A stretch of DNA of 64,000 nucleotides from a plasmid, in the NCBI RefSeq assembly GCF_054482525.1, contig NZ_JBTHVG010000004.1; one strand, written 5' to 3'. Shown piece after piece: positions 9,495-19,711 of this stretch. Made by a program: the position numbers and the translations under genes. How positions within the stretch are numbered: the stretch's first letter is position 1; each line of letters starts with the position of its first letter. Under the pieces are notes generated by a model. It made no database searches and had not been told where the DNA came from. It saw only the letters and a list, made by a program, of their open reading frames with translations.

Positions 9495-9803
9495 ATGAGC
9501 AAAGCGAAATTTAGTGCACAGGCTGAAAAACTGAAAAACCTGGTGGATTCTGCCAGATTACAAACTTCTTCTTCTGCCGTAACAGCAACAGCCCCGTCTC
9601 AGCCAAATGAAGGTGCAGAGGAAGTTTCAGGTCGTCCCGTGGCTGCCAGGACGAAGGCTAAGAATCTTAAGGCCATACCGCTGTCGTATTTTGAAGCTCA
9701 TGCGGAACTTAAAGCGACCAGTAAAACATCTCTGGATTTTAGCTCATATATTATTGAGGCTATAAGAGAGAAGCTTGAACGTGATGGTGCAATAGGTCAA
9801 TAA
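9495..9803 (+). CDS. Small partition partner protein (ParG/RHH-like centromere-binding candidate)
   Basis: 102 aa immediately downstream of parA; C-terminal ..SLDFSSYIIEAIREKLERD resembles ribbon-helix-helix. Confidence 0.55.
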   Translation: MSKAKFSAQAEKLKNLVDSARLQTSSSAVTATAPSQPNEGAEEVSGRPVAARTKAKNLKAIPLSYFEAHAELKATSKTSLDFSSYIIEAIREKLERDGAIGQ

Positions 9804-9805
9804 AC

Positions 9806-9905
9806 TATCGGATACCTTAAGGGTATCTGATGTGTGTCTTTTAAATGCGTTATGGGGATTCTTCACATACCTAAAGAGTCCCCATTAGACATCTTTCTGT
9901 TTATG
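9806..9905. repeat. GGATACC/GGGTATC repeat cluster downstream of partition pair
   Basis: cggataccttaagggtatctgatg. Confidence 0.35.
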
Positions 9906-9959
9906 GTGACATGATTCGTCACCGCTTTCCTTTCCTCTCAGTTTCACCATTTCATTCCT

Positions 9960-10200
9960 TTTCCCCTAACCTGAACCATGATGTCCACGATGTTTTTATA
10001 TTGCATTTATGTATCACATATAACCTTCATAATGTTTTTGTATCTATGATTTCCTCTGGTCTTAAAGTTGTGTGTACAATGTACATGCAATTTATCGTGT
10101 TTTTATGTTGCATTTGTCCTTTCAGAAAGACCGTTTTTTCATTATAATTGAATATACATTGCATGTATGAAGCATGTTTGTTTTTTCTATTTGTTTATGA
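9960..10200. promoter_or_regulatory. AT-rich repeat-containing region upstream of parM (parC-like centromere/promoter candidate)
   Basis: short repeats of tgcattt / atgcaat / tgtacatgcaattta / atacattgcatgtatg. Confidence 0.35.
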
Positions 10201-10216
10201 GCAACGGAGACTGGTT

Positions 10217-11197
10217 ATGAAAATCTTTATTGATGATGGTTCTACCAACATTAAACTTGCCTGGTTGGAGGATGGTGACGTGAAAACGTTAATCAGCCCT
10301 AACAGCTTTAAACCGGAATGGTCTTTTAGTTTACTGGATGATGCTGCCCCGGCTAATTACGAGATCGACGGCGAGAAGTTTTCATTTGATCCATTAAGTG
10401 CTGATGCTGTCGTAACGACTGAAACACGCTATCAGTACAGTGATGTGAATGTTGTGGCCATTCAGCATGCGCTACAGCAGACCGGCCTGAAAGCGCAGCC
10501 TGTTGATGTCATCGTCACATTGCCGATCTCTGAATACCTTGACGCCAACAATCAGAAAAATAAGCAAAACATTGAAAGAAAGAAAAAAAATGTGATGCGT
10601 GAAGTACGGGTGCAGGGGAGTGATGCATTTGTTATTCGCAGTGTTTCCGTTCTTCCTGAAAGTATTCCCGCTGGTTTCAGTGTTCTTGCGGGGCTTGAGG
10701 ATGATGAATCCCTTTTGATCGTAGATCTCGGTGGTACAACTCTTGATGTGTCGCATGTTCGTAGCAAAATGACAGGGATTACAAAAACCTGGTGTGATCC
10801 AAATATCGGCGTGTCCCTGATTACATCCGGGGTTAAGGAACAGATGGCTGTACATGCTAATACAAGAGTGAGCTCATTCCAGGCTGACAATATCATTGTG
10901 CACCGTAATGAACCTGACTACCTTTCCCGTCGCATTTATAATGCTGAACAGCGTGAGTCTATCATTAATGTTATCAATGAACGGCAGAAGTTGCTTATTA
11001 AACGAGTTAATGATGTCATCAGCCGTTTCACCGACTATACACATGTAATGTGTGTTGGTGGTGGGGCTGAAATTGTGGCCGAGGCTGTGAAGAACCTGAC
11101 TAAGGTTCCTGATGAGCGCTTTTATCTGAGCTCATCCCCGCAGTTTGATTTAGTCATGGGAATGATAAAAATGAAAGGTGGTGTGACTAATGAGTGA
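10217..11197 (+). CDS. parM: Actin-like segregation ATPase ParM/StbA
   Basis: start MKIFIDDGSTNIKLAW with SD ggaga; strong similarity along its length to R1 ParM as recalled (..DLGGTTLD.., ..GGGAE..). Confidence 0.85.
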   Translation: MKIFIDDGSTNIKLAWLEDGDVKTLISPNSFKPEWSFSLLDDAAPANYEIDGEKFSFDPLSADAVVTTETRYQYSDVNVVAIQHALQQTGLKAQPVDVIVTLPISEYLDANNQKNKQNIERKKKNVMREVRVQGSDAFVIRSVSVLPESIPAGFSVLAGLEDDESLLIVDLGGTTLDVSHVRSKMTGITKTWCDPNIGVSLITSGVKEQMAVHANTRVSSFQADNIIVHRNEPDYLSRRIYNAEQRESIINVINERQKLLIKRVNDVISRFTDYTHVMCVGGGAEIVAEAVKNLTKVPDERFYLSSSPQFDLVMGMIKMKGGVTNE

Positions 11198-11606
11198 TGA
11201 AAATAAATCCAGACGCTGCTCATTTGAACTTTTCCCGGATGAACGGACAGGAGATAAGATAGCAGATGAGCTCATTGCAAATGAAAAACTGAAGGAGCGG
11301 GGACGTTTCATGCGCGCGATGTTAGTTACTGGTGCGGCGTTTGCAGCTATAGATAAACGTCTTCCTTTGCTGATATCGGAGTTACTGACAGAAAATACGA
11401 CTCTGGATGATATTAATAAGGTGATTTCCAGCGTGATACCAGGTGCTTTTTCGGTTGAAAAGAAATTGCTTGAATTACTGGAAAAACAATCTGGTCTCCA
11501 TACGTCTGTGGATTGCAGTACTCCTCCTACAGAGCAGAGTCTGTCGAGAAATGACGGTGAAGACCAGACCAGAAGAAACGCTGAAAATATGTTCGGAGAT
11601 GACTGA
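11190..11606 (+). CDS. parR: ParR/StbB adaptor protein
   Basis: 138 aa overlapping parM stop; N-terminal region resembles R1 ParR. Confidence 0.7.
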   Translation: MSDENKSRRCSFELFPDERTGDKIADELIANEKLKERGRFMRAMLVTGAAFAAIDKRLPLLISELLTENTTLDDINKVISSVIPGAFSVEKKLLELLEKQSGLHTSVDCSTPPTEQSLSRNDGEDQTRRNAENMFGDD

Positions 11607-11607
11607 A

Positions 11608-12882
11608 CTAACCCAGCCTGGCCAGGGGAATATCTCGCCATTTAGTTGTATAACACTGACTCAACATTTCCCGTTTCATTTGCCATTCAGGGGCGGTTCC
11701 TCGCCCCGCAAACCACACTTTCCCTTTTCCCGACTGGTTCAGTTCATCGAGTGTTTTCATTAACTTTTCACTGTTTTTACGGGGCTGGATTTCATCAAAT
11801 AATCCCGGCTGCGCTATACCCGATGGTGTGAAATCAGCCAGCATGACTCCTGCCTTCATATAGCGGTACCCTTCACGCCAGACATGGTTTAAGGCTCTGC
11901 ATGCGGCGGCAATAATGTCCCGGCTGTCCTGTGTGGGCAATGGAAGCTTTTCCACAGCGGCATTGCTGTAACAGGGTTCTTTTACTGCAAAGGGGGATGT
12001 CCGTACAAATGTCGTCACCTGCCGGCAATACTGAAGCTCCCCACGTAGTTTCTCTGCGGCCCGCTCTGCATACTGAACAACAGCCTGGTGCATGGCATCT
12101 TTGTCTGTGATTCGTTCACCAAAACTGCGACTACAGACAATCTGCTGTTTTGCCGGTGGTGCTTCTTCCAGGGATATGCAGGACTCGCCGTTGAGTTCGC
12201 GTACCGTACGCTCAAGAATGACGCTGAAGTTTTTCCGGATGAATGCCGTGTTAGCCTGCGCCAGCTGCAGTGCTGTGTTAATACCCAGTGCATTCAGCTT
12301 TTCCGTCAGTCTGCGTCCTACTCCCCAGACCTCACCAACTGGCTGCAGCCCCAGTAGCTTCAAGATCCGATTACGGTTTTCTGCCGTCAGCGCGACCACA
12401 CCGGAAAACTGTGGCCATTGCTTTGTTGCCCACTGTGCACTTTTAGCCAGCGTTTTTGTAGGCGCAATGCCCACCCCCATGGTGAGTCCTGTCCAGCTCT
12501 TTACCTGTTCCCTGAGCTGATGACCAAAAACCTCCGGAGAGATGCAACGGTTCACCCCCCGCAAATCAATGAACATTTCATCAATTGAGTAGGGCTCAAC
12601 TGCGGGAGAAAGCGACTCCAGAACAGCCATAACCCGTTGGCTCATGCTGTGGTACAGCGCATAATTGCTGGAAAATACATGTATTTTCTTCTCCAGGCGC
12701 ATTTGTCTCACCTGAAACCAGGGCTGCCCCATTCTGATGCCAAGGGCTTTTGCCTCCGGGCTGCGCGCGATCACACAGCCATCGTTATTGCTGAGTACGA
12801 TGACCGGTTCGTTGCGAAGGTCCGGGCGGAAAACTTTTTCACATGAGGCGTAGAAACTGTTGATATCAGCCAGTGCAAACAT
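11608..12882 (-). CDS. impB: Error-prone Y-family polymerase subunit ImpB (UmuC-like)
   Basis: 424 aa; N-terminal MFALADINSFYASCE..VLSNNDGCV typical of UmuC/DinB family. Confidence 0.9.
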   Translation of the reverse strand: MFALADINSFYASCEKVFRPDLRNEPVIVLSNNDGCVIARSPEAKALGIRMGQPWFQVRQMRLEKKIHVFSSNYALYHSMSQRVMAVLESLSPAVEPYSIDEMFIDLRGVNRCISPEVFGHQLREQVKSWTGLTMGVGIAPTKTLAKSAQWATKQWPQFSGVVALTAENRNRILKLLGLQPVGEVWGVGRRLTEKLNALGINTALQLAQANTAFIRKNFSVILERTVRELNGESCISLEEAPPAKQQIVCSRSFGERITDKDAMHQAVVQYAERAAEKLRGELQYCRQVTTFVRTSPFAVKEPCYSNAAVEKLPLPTQDSRDIIAAACRALNHVWREGYRYMKAGVMLADFTPSGIAQPGLFDEIQPRKNSEKLMKTLDELNQSGKGKVWFAGRGTAPEWQMKREMLSQCYTTKWRDIPLARLG

Positions 12883-13319
12883 CAGCGTAACTCCCGCGTC
12901 CTGTGTATCACGTGAGTGACAACACCAAAAATACAGATGTTTTCCGGATACAGTGTGCGGAACTCCGGGCTGTCTGAAACCGGCTCCAGTGCCGGGCGTG
13001 GGCGCAACAGCAGTCGTTTGACGGTGAACTCACCGTCGATCTCAGCGATAACGATGTCCCCGTGTTGTGGTTTTTCGGCCCTGTCCACTACCAGCAGATC
13101 ACCATTCTGCACGCCAGCCTGGTTCATCGATTCACCGCTGGCGCGCAGAAAGAAGGTGGCTGCAGGTCTGCTGATGCAATAGCTGTTCAGATCCAGTTCC
13201 TGCTCAGCATAATCAGTGGCAGGCGAAGGAAAACCGGCCTGGCAACGATCGGCAAACAACGGGCGCACGTAACTGTCATCGCCTGAAGGGTCAGCCGGAC
13301 GGTGATAAACGGTACTCAT
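12882..13319 (-). CDS. impA: ImpA (UmuD-like, LexA/S24 peptidase fold)
   Basis: 145 aa; overlaps impB start; S24-type motifs. Confidence 0.85.
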   Translation of the reverse strand: MSTVYHRPADPSGDDSYVRPLFADRCQAGFPSPATDYAEQELDLNSYCISRPAATFFLRASGESMNQAGVQNGDLLVVDRAEKPQHGDIVIAEIDGEFTVKRLLLRPRPALEPVSDSPEFRTLYPENICIFGVVTHVIHRTRELR

Positions 13320-13564
13320 GCTGCAGGCAGCCAGCTGTCGTCCTGCCAGATTTCTTCCAGCAGAGACAGGATACGTTCTTTATCCTTGTCTCTGCGGGCT
13401 CCTGTGACAGATACAGACGGGGCGCTGCCCTGGTCTATACGCAGCCAGATTTCCGGGTAGTGTGGTTTCAGACGTTGTTCGATTTCATTCTGTAGCGCCT
13501 GAAGTGTGCCTGATTTGAGGTTTTTTGTGCTCTGGCGGTCGAAAAGAATTTCAATGCGGATCAT
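13316..13564 (-). CDS. impC: ImpC, small first gene of impCAB operon
   Basis: start taken at internal Met (MIRIEILF..) so that the LexA box lies upstream; overlaps impA start. Confidence 0.65.
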   Translation of the reverse strand: MIRIEILFDRQSTKNLKSGTLQALQNEIEQRLKPHYPEIWLRIDQGSAPSVSVTGARRDKDKERILSLLEEIWQDDSWLPAA

Positions 13565-13586
13565 GTTCTCATCTCCCTTTTCTATT

Positions 13587-13602
13587 GCTGTATGCATATA
13601 CA
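13587..13602 (-). promoter_or_regulatory. LexA box (SOS operator) for impCAB
   Basis: ctgtatgcatatacag = CTGT-N8-ACAG, about 25 bp upstream of impC start. Confidence 0.6.
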
Positions 13603-13957
13603 GTATTCTAATAACTGAATCCACACACAGTCAAATGTCATTATTGTGACTAAAAAACGCTCAATTCTCTGAGGGTGTGGCGGTATGCCTGCTGTGGACT
13701 GCTGTGTCCAGCTTATCCACAGCATTTTGCGCACGGTTCTGTGAATAAAATACCTGGTTACCCAGGCCGTGCCGGCACGTTAACCGGGCTGCATCCGATG
13801 CAAGTGTGTCGCTGTCGCCGGCCTCCTCACCCGGTCACGTTTCGTCGTTCCTCCTCCACGCGCTGCGGCTTCGGGGCCGCACCTGCATTCGTATGCGGTC
13901 GCCCGGTTACAGGTGCGGCACGGCCTGATGGAGGCCGCATGTGAGAGGAGAATTCCC

Positions 13958-14884
13958 ATGCCAAACTGGTGCTCAAATCGTATGCATTTTTCTGGTGAAC
14001 CGGCACAGATTGCTGAGATTAAACGACTGGCCAGCGGTGCAGTCACACCGCTTTATCGCCGCGCCACAAATGAAGGTATTCAGCTGTTTCTGGCCGGAAG
14101 TGCCGGACTTCTGCAGACCACTGAAGATGTGCGGTTTGAACCATGCCCCGGACTGACGGCTGCCGGGCGTGGCGTTGTATCGCCGGAGAATATCGCGTTC
14201 ACCCGCTGGCTGACATACCTGCAGGACGGTGTACTGCTGGATGAGCAAAACTGCCTGATGCTGCATAAACTCTGGCTGCAGAGCGGTACTGGACAGTGTC
14301 GCTGGGAAGGATTACCGGACGATGTCAGGGATACCATCACCGCACTTTTCACCGCAAAAAGAGGTGACTGGTGTGGCTTCTGGAGTAACGAGGATGTATC
14401 GGTGTGGTGGAACCGTCTGTGTGACAACGTACTGCCGGAAAAAACCATGCCGTTTGACCTGCTGACGGTTCTGCCCACCCGCCTGGATGTTGAAGTGAAT
14501 GGCTTTAACGGTGGTGTTCTGAACGGTGTTCCTTCTGCATATCACTGGTATACGGAACAGTATGGCGTGAAGTGGCCTGTGGGGTATGAGGTGAATATCA
14601 GTAGTCAGGGAGACAACTTCATTCAGGTGGATTTCGACACGCCGTGGTGTCAGCCGGAAAGCGACGTTATTGCAGAATTAAGCCGCCGTTTCAGCTGCAC
14701 GCTGGAGCACTGGTACGCCGAACAGGGCTGTGATTTCTGTGGCTGGCAGTTGTATGAGCGCGGAGAGCTCGTTGATGTGCTGTGGGGGGAACTGGAATGG
14801 TCTTCCCCGACAGATGACGATGAGCTGCCGGAAGTCACCGGACCTGCGTGGATAGTCGACAATGTGGCGCATTATGGCGGATGA
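13958..14884 (+). CDS. Hypothetical leading-region protein
   Basis: start at internal Met (MPNWCSN..) preceded by SD gagaggaga; Trp/Cys-rich. Confidence 0.5.
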   Translation: MPNWCSNRMHFSGEPAQIAEIKRLASGAVTPLYRRATNEGIQLFLAGSAGLLQTTEDVRFEPCPGLTAAGRGVVSPENIAFTRWLTYLQDGVLLDEQNCLMLHKLWLQSGTGQCRWEGLPDDVRDTITALFTAKRGDWCGFWSNEDVSVWWNRLCDNVLPEKTMPFDLLTVLPTRLDVEVNGFNGGVLNGVPSAYHWYTEQYGVKWPVGYEVNISSQGDNFIQVDFDTPWCQPESDVIAELSRRFSCTLEHWYAEQGCDFCGWQLYERGELVDVLWGELEWSSPTDDDELPEVTGPAWIVDNVAHYGG

Positions 14885-15268
14885 AGTATGACGGAGACGG
14901 GCGGGAAACCGCCCGTTTCTTTTCCGACAAAGGATGTCGCCGTGCTCCTCTTTTTACTGCGCCGGCTGACGCGGCGCGGCATAAACGCTGCCTGTGGTCA
15001 GTGTCCCGCGTCCGGCCGGGCACGGGACGGGCGCTTTTACCGCTCCCGGCTGGCATCGGTGACAGTGTACGCCAGCCCGTCGCCCTTTTCTGATGAACGC
15101 CCTTCAAGCCGCTTTCGCGGCATATTCTCGCCGTCAAAAAGACGACGGCTGCGATATTCCACGGTCGGCCTGACCCGTTACCGGACGCGGTGAACAGCCC
15201 ACAGGCAGCGGGGAACGGGCACCACAGGGGTGCCCTCCCGGTGCCCTCTGTAAGAGAAGGAGTTTCGT

Positions 15269-15952
15269 ATGTCCCGTTTTGTCCTCGGTAACTGCATCGA
15301 TGTTATGGCCCGTATTCCTGATAACGCCATTGATTTCATCCTCACCGACCCTCCATATCTCGTCGGTTTCCGTGACCGTTCCGGGCGCACCATCGCCGGC
15401 GATAAAACCGATGAGTGGCTGCAACCGGCCTGTAATGAAATGTTCCGCGTGCTGAAAAAAGACGCGTTAATGGTGAGCTTCTACGGCTGGAACCGCGTCG
15501 ATCGCTTTATGGCCGCCTGGAAAAATGCGGGATTCAGCGTTGTTGGTCACCTGGTCTTCACCAAAAACTACACATCGAAGGCCGCATATGTGGGCTATCG
15601 CCACGAATGCGCCTACATCCTGGCAAAAGGCCGTCCACGTCTGCCACAAAAACCGCTGCCGGACGTGCTGGGCTGGAAATATTCAGGCAATCATCATCAC
15701 CCGACGGAAAAGCCTGTTACCAGCCTGCAACCGCTGATTGAGAGCTTCACACACCCGAACGCAATTGTGCTGGACCCGTTTGCAGGCAGCGGCTCAACCT
15801 GCGTTGCAGCCCTCCAGTCCGGACGCCGGTATATCGGTATCGAGCTGCTTGAGCAGTATCACCGTGCCGGACAGCAACGACTGGCTGCCGTACAACGGGC
15901 CATGCAGCAGGGGGCCGCGAATGATGACTGGTTTATGCCGGAGGCTGCGTAA
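15269..15952 (+). CDS. Orphan DNA N6-adenine/N4-cytosine methyltransferase
   Basis: 227 aa; catalytic DPPY motif (LTDPPYL) near N-terminus, FAGSGST SAM-binding motif near C-terminus; no adjacent restriction gene. Confidence 0.8.
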   Translation: MSRFVLGNCIDVMARIPDNAIDFILTDPPYLVGFRDRSGRTIAGDKTDEWLQPACNEMFRVLKKDALMVSFYGWNRVDRFMAAWKNAGFSVVGHLVFTKNYTSKAAYVGYRHECAYILAKGRPRLPQKPLPDVLGWKYSGNHHHPTEKPVTSLQPLIESFTHPNAIVLDPFAGSGSTCVAALQSGRRYIGIELLEQYHRAGQQRLAAVQRAMQQGAANDDWFMPEAA

Positions 15953-16174
15953 ATGAACTATGCCGGACACGAAAAACTTCGCGCCGAAGTGGCGGAGGTG
16001 GCCAATGCCATGTGCGACCTGCGTACAACCATGAATGAGATGGAGCGGCGGTACAGCTTTAATGCTGACACCCTGCCGGAACGTCTGGTGCGTCAGACGT
16101 TGTTTCGCGCAAACCGCCTCCTGATGGAGGCATATACCGAAATTCTTGAACTGGATGCGTGCTTCAAAGATTAA
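15953..16174 (+). CDS. Hypothetical small protein
   Basis: 73 aa; start abuts methyltransferase stop. Confidence 0.45.
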   Translation: MNYAGHEKLRAEVAEVANAMCDLRTTMNEMERRYSFNADTLPERLVRQTLFRANRLLMEAYTEILELDACFKD

Positions 16175-16186
16175 GGAGGAGACGAA

Positions 16187-16621
16187 ATGTACGGAACATG
16201 CGAAACGCTCTGCCGTGAGCTGGCAGCAAAGTATCCGGGAAACACGCCGCTGATGCTGCTTATCTGGTCCCCGGAAGAGATTCAGGCACTGGCCGACGGT
16301 ATGGAAATTTCTCTGACCGATCATGAAATCAGGACTGTCCTGGCGCACCTGGAGGACATCCCGGAAGACCAGCGGATGGAGTCCGGTATTTCTTCCGCCG
16401 CTGCGATGGAGATTATCAGCAACGTGAGCGAAAACCGCCTGGTGACCGTCTCTGCTGAACTGCTGGCGTCCCTGATTCAGACCGCTGAACAGGCACTGTG
16501 GAAACGTGAATGGGCCGCCCGTGATAACGGCCTTGCCGTCCCGGAATGTGTTACCCGCCGTCAGGCAGTGATTAATCAGGCCCGCACCCTGCTGAAAAAC
16601 AACACACACGAAAACAACTGA
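16187..16621 (+). CDS. Hypothetical protein
   Basis: 144 aa; SD aggaggagacgaaATG. Confidence 0.5.
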   Translation: MYGTCETLCRELAAKYPGNTPLMLLIWSPEEIQALADGMEISLTDHEIRTVLAHLEDIPEDQRMESGISSAAAMEIISNVSENRLVTVSAELLASLIQTAEQALWKREWAARDNGLAVPECVTRRQAVINQARTLLKNNTHENN

Positions 16622-16671
16622 TGTTATCGCCGCCTGCCCTGCGGGCGGCGATACAGGGAGAACGCTTAATC

Positions 16672-17442
16672 ATGAACAAAACGCTGAATGCACTGGTTTG
16701 TCGTCACGCCCGTAACCTGCTGCTGGCGCAGGGCTGGCCGGAAGAGACGGATGTTGACCAGCGAAATCCGAACTATCCGGGCTGGATCAGCATTTACGTG
16801 CGGCTGGATGCGCCCCGGCTGGCGACGTTACTTATCAACCGTCACGGCGGCGTACTGCCACCGCTCCTGGCCTCCGCCATTCAGAGACTGACCGGAACCG
16901 GGGCGGAACTGGTACTGTCCGGCAGTCAGTGGCAGTCGCTGCCGGTACTTCCGGCAGACGGAACGCAGGTGTCTTTCCCGTATGCCGGAGAATGGCTGAC
17001 CGAAGACGAAATCAGGGCTGTTCTTGATGCGGTGCACGATGCGGTACGAAGCATCTGTTACCAGGTGGCAGAAGATGCGCGGCGTATCCGTGCGGCGCTG
17101 ACCACCACCGGTCAGACGTTGCTGACCCGCCAGACGCGCCGCTTTCGCCTGGTCGTGAAGGAAAGCGATCACCCCTGCTGGCTCGATGAAGATGACGAAA
17201 ACCTGCCCGTGGTGCTCGATGCCATCGTGAACCGGGGAGCACGTTTTTCGTCGGTGGAAATGTACCTGGTCAGCGATTGTATTGAGCATATCCTGTCCAG
17301 TGGGCTGGCCTGCGATGTGCTGCGTATACCCGATGAACCGCCCCGCCGCTGGTTTGACCGTGGTGTTCTGCGGGAGGTGGTCCGGGAAGCCCGGACCGAA
17401 ATCCGCAGCATGGCGGATGCCCTGGCAAAAATCCGGAAATGA
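16672..17442 (+). CDS. Hypothetical protein
   Basis: start at internal Met (MNKTLNAL..) of track ORF 16621..17442. Confidence 0.5.
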   Translation: MNKTLNALVCRHARNLLLAQGWPEETDVDQRNPNYPGWISIYVRLDAPRLATLLINRHGGVLPPLLASAIQRLTGTGAELVLSGSQWQSLPVLPADGTQVSFPYAGEWLTEDEIRAVLDAVHDAVRSICYQVAEDARRIRAALTTTGQTLLTRQTRRFRLVVKESDHPCWLDEDDENLPVVLDAIVNRGARFSSVEMYLVSDCIEHILSSGLACDVLRIPDEPPRRWFDRGVLREVVREARTEIRSMADALAKIRK

Positions 17443-17507
17443 TGACACTGGCGGGGTAAATCCCCGCCTTTTTCCTGCCGGTCCCCGGACAGAGCACAAA
17501 GGAAGTC

Positions 17508-17842
17508 GCCGCCGGCTCCGCTTTACCCGGCCATGCGGGGCATGGCCTTGTGGTTTTTCAGTTATGTGGCCTCAGCGTCGTGTGCGGGCTGTGCCGTGCC
17601 TCCATCTTAGCCGGGCTGGCGTTGATGCAAGGGTACGCTTCGCCGCTGCGGTCACCCGGTCCCTCCTTCCCGTCTGCCGTGATTTTCCGGTCGTTCACCC
17701 GCTCAGATTTCGCGGTCTCACCCTGCAACTCCCGTCAGCCGTGTGCGTCAGGCTGCGGCTTCCCTTGCGCCCCTGCATCCCCGCCTGTTCGCCCGGCTTT
17801 TATGGAGGCACGGCACCGCCCGGTGTCGCGGAATATGTGAAC
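17508..17842 (+). promoter_or_regulatory. Leading-region repeat family A copy 1 (ssi/Frpo-like single-strand promoter element)
   Basis: about 335 bp GC-rich element nearly identical to 24457-24788; immediately upstream of klcA-like gene. Confidence 0.5.
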
Positions 17843-17858
17843 AACGGAGGAAAACATC

Positions 17859-18284
17859 ATGCAATATGCGAAACCTGTCACTCTGAATGTTGAAGAGTGC
17901 GACCGTCTCTCCTTTCTGCCGTATCTGTTTGGCAACGATTTTCTGTATGCCGAGGCGTATGTGTACGCGCTGGCGCAAAAAATGATGCCGGAATATCAGG
18001 GAGGCTTCTGGCACTTCATCCGCCTGCCGGACGGTGGCGGTTACATGATGCCGGATGGCGACCGTTTCCACATGGTGAACGGTGCAAACTGGTTTGACCG
18101 TACCGTGAGTGCTGATGCCGCAGGCATCATCCTTACCTCCCTTGTGATTAACCGCCAGTTGTGGCTGTACCACGACAGCGGGGATGCAGGACTGACCCAG
18201 CTTTACCGGATGCGCGATGCGCAGTTGTGGCGTCACATCGAATTTCACCCCGAATGCAACGCGATTTACGCGGCTCTGGACTGA
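17859..18284 (+). CDS. klcA: KlcA/ArdB-family anti-restriction protein
   Basis: 141 aa; recalled resemblance to KlcA/ArdB; sits directly behind repeat A. Confidence 0.6.
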   Translation: MQYAKPVTLNVEECDRLSFLPYLFGNDFLYAEAYVYALAQKMMPEYQGGFWHFIRLPDGGGYMMPDGDRFHMVNGANWFDRTVSADAAGIILTSLVINRQLWLYHDSGDAGLTQLYRMRDAQLWRHIEFHPECNAIYAALD

Positions 18285-18330
18285 TTAACGGACGGGGCGG
18301 CAATGCCGCCCCTGTAAAGGAGACGAGAAC

Positions 18331-18753
18331 ATGTACTGTACTGTTAAAGAAATTATCCGCGAAGTGCTGGATACAGACGTGCCGGACAGTGAATGCGTTT
18401 TTGCCGTGGTGCTGACCCGTGGGGATGTGCGTCACATAGCCCAGGACTGGAACCTGTCAGACGATGAGCTGGAAACCGTCATGCAGCGGCTGGACAATGC
18501 CTTTGAGCATGGTGCGGATGTCAGCGTTGTTCACGACGTTGTTCGTGAACTGATGGAAGAAAAGCGCGCCAGCCGTCATGTGACAGTCCCGGCGGTGATG
18601 CTGGAAAAAGTGATGGCGCTGGCAGGCAGTGAAATGAAGCGCCTGTATGCCGTCGGGAGTGAGAACGGGGGCGACGGTGACGCATTCGTCAGGGAGGAAC
18701 GCGAAGCAATGGACGTTGTGTTACAGGCGCTGGACGGGGAGACGATGTCATGA
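18331..18753 (+). CDS. Hypothetical leading-region protein
   Basis: 140 aa; SD aaggagacgagaacATG. Confidence 0.5.
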   Translation: MYCTVKEIIREVLDTDVPDSECVFAVVLTRGDVRHIAQDWNLSDDELETVMQRLDNAFEHGADVSVVHDVVRELMEEKRASRHVTVPAVMLEKVMALAGSEMKRLYAVGSENGGDGDAFVREEREAMDVVLQALDGETMS

Positions 18754-18941
18754 ATATCAGCACAGAAACCCGCGAAATTCTGCGTAATTACAGGGCCGTG
18801 ATTAATGCGCGGCGTCGTGAAATGGGGCAGAAACCGCTCACCACCGCGCAGATTGTTGATGAAATCTGCGATTTTGTGGCGAATCAGCAGGCGGTTTTCC
18901 TGGGCGGTCACTACATCTTACAGGGCAGCAGAAACAGGTGA
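18750..18941 (+). CDS. Hypothetical small protein
   Basis: 63 aa; overlaps upstream stop. Confidence 0.35.
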   Translation: MNISTETREILRNYRAVINARRREMGQKPLTTAQIVDEICDFVANQQAVFLGGHYILQGSRNR

Positions 18942-18974
18942 TACAGGGGCAGGCGGTGGAGGCCGCCTGTCAGC

Positions 18975-19700
18975 CCGCGCGAAAACCCCTGGCAGGCTGA
19001 CGCCTGCCGGAAACGCGGGGTGCAGCGCCTGCGGCGCTGCCGGCCCGGCTTTCCGGTCAGAAGGTAGTGTATGGCTGTATGCCAGGAACAGATGTGATAT
19101 TCCGTGACACTGTCACCGTTTATGGTTGTCTTTTATTGCGCCCACTTCGGCTCCCGGCTGCCTGGCGGCATCCGGTCGTCAGGCCCGACTCCGACAGGCA
19201 GCTGCTGGCGCACCCGCCAGTCTCCGCCGAACCCGCTGGCGCGGTTTCGGGCTGCCGCTACGGTCCGATGCGTGAAAACCCGGGCTTGCAGCGACCGTTA
19301 CGGTCGCGCCGCCCCTGTCGCGCCGTGACCTGCGCTCCCTGCACACCTGACGGTGTGTGAGGAAACTGCGCCTGATGGCGCAGCAGTCCTCCCTCCTGCC
19401 GCCACCCCTGCGGCCTGTTTCCCGCTGTGGACTTTCCGGGGGGCAGACGTAACCCCCTCCCGTTCCATCTGTCCAGGGTGAGATGCACCGGCCACAAAAT
19501 TTTTAGCCATGAACCCGGCAAAAAATTTTGCGTCCGCCCCCGGACAGCTGTCCCGTGAGGCGGTAAACGGGCCCCCATCGGAAAGGTCCACTGCGGGGAG
19601 AAACCCCGAAGAAGTGGACGGCAGGAGGAGCTTTCGCTCCTCTGAAGGGGCACATGAACGTCCCGTCGCCGGTATCCGGTTTATCTCACATCTTTCAGTC
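18975..19700 (+). promoter_or_regulatory. Leading-region repeat family B copy 1 (ssi/Frpo-like) upstream of ssb
   Basis: about 700 bp element with long near-identical stretches at 25355-26030 and partial copy at 28546-28895; ends at SD caggaggtt of ssb. Confidence 0.5.
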
Positions 19701-19711
19701 AGGAGGTTCTT

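Noticed and set aside
15794-16609. 271 aa minus-strand ORF overlapping the methyltransferase and downstream genes
   Set aside because: Antisense to better-supported plus-strand genes with recognisable motifs; low-complexity composition.
17012-17893. Multiple short ORFs on both strands across the family A repeat
   Set aside because: They lie within the GC-rich structured repeat element and recur identically in the second copy, so they most likely reflect repeat sequence rather than genes.
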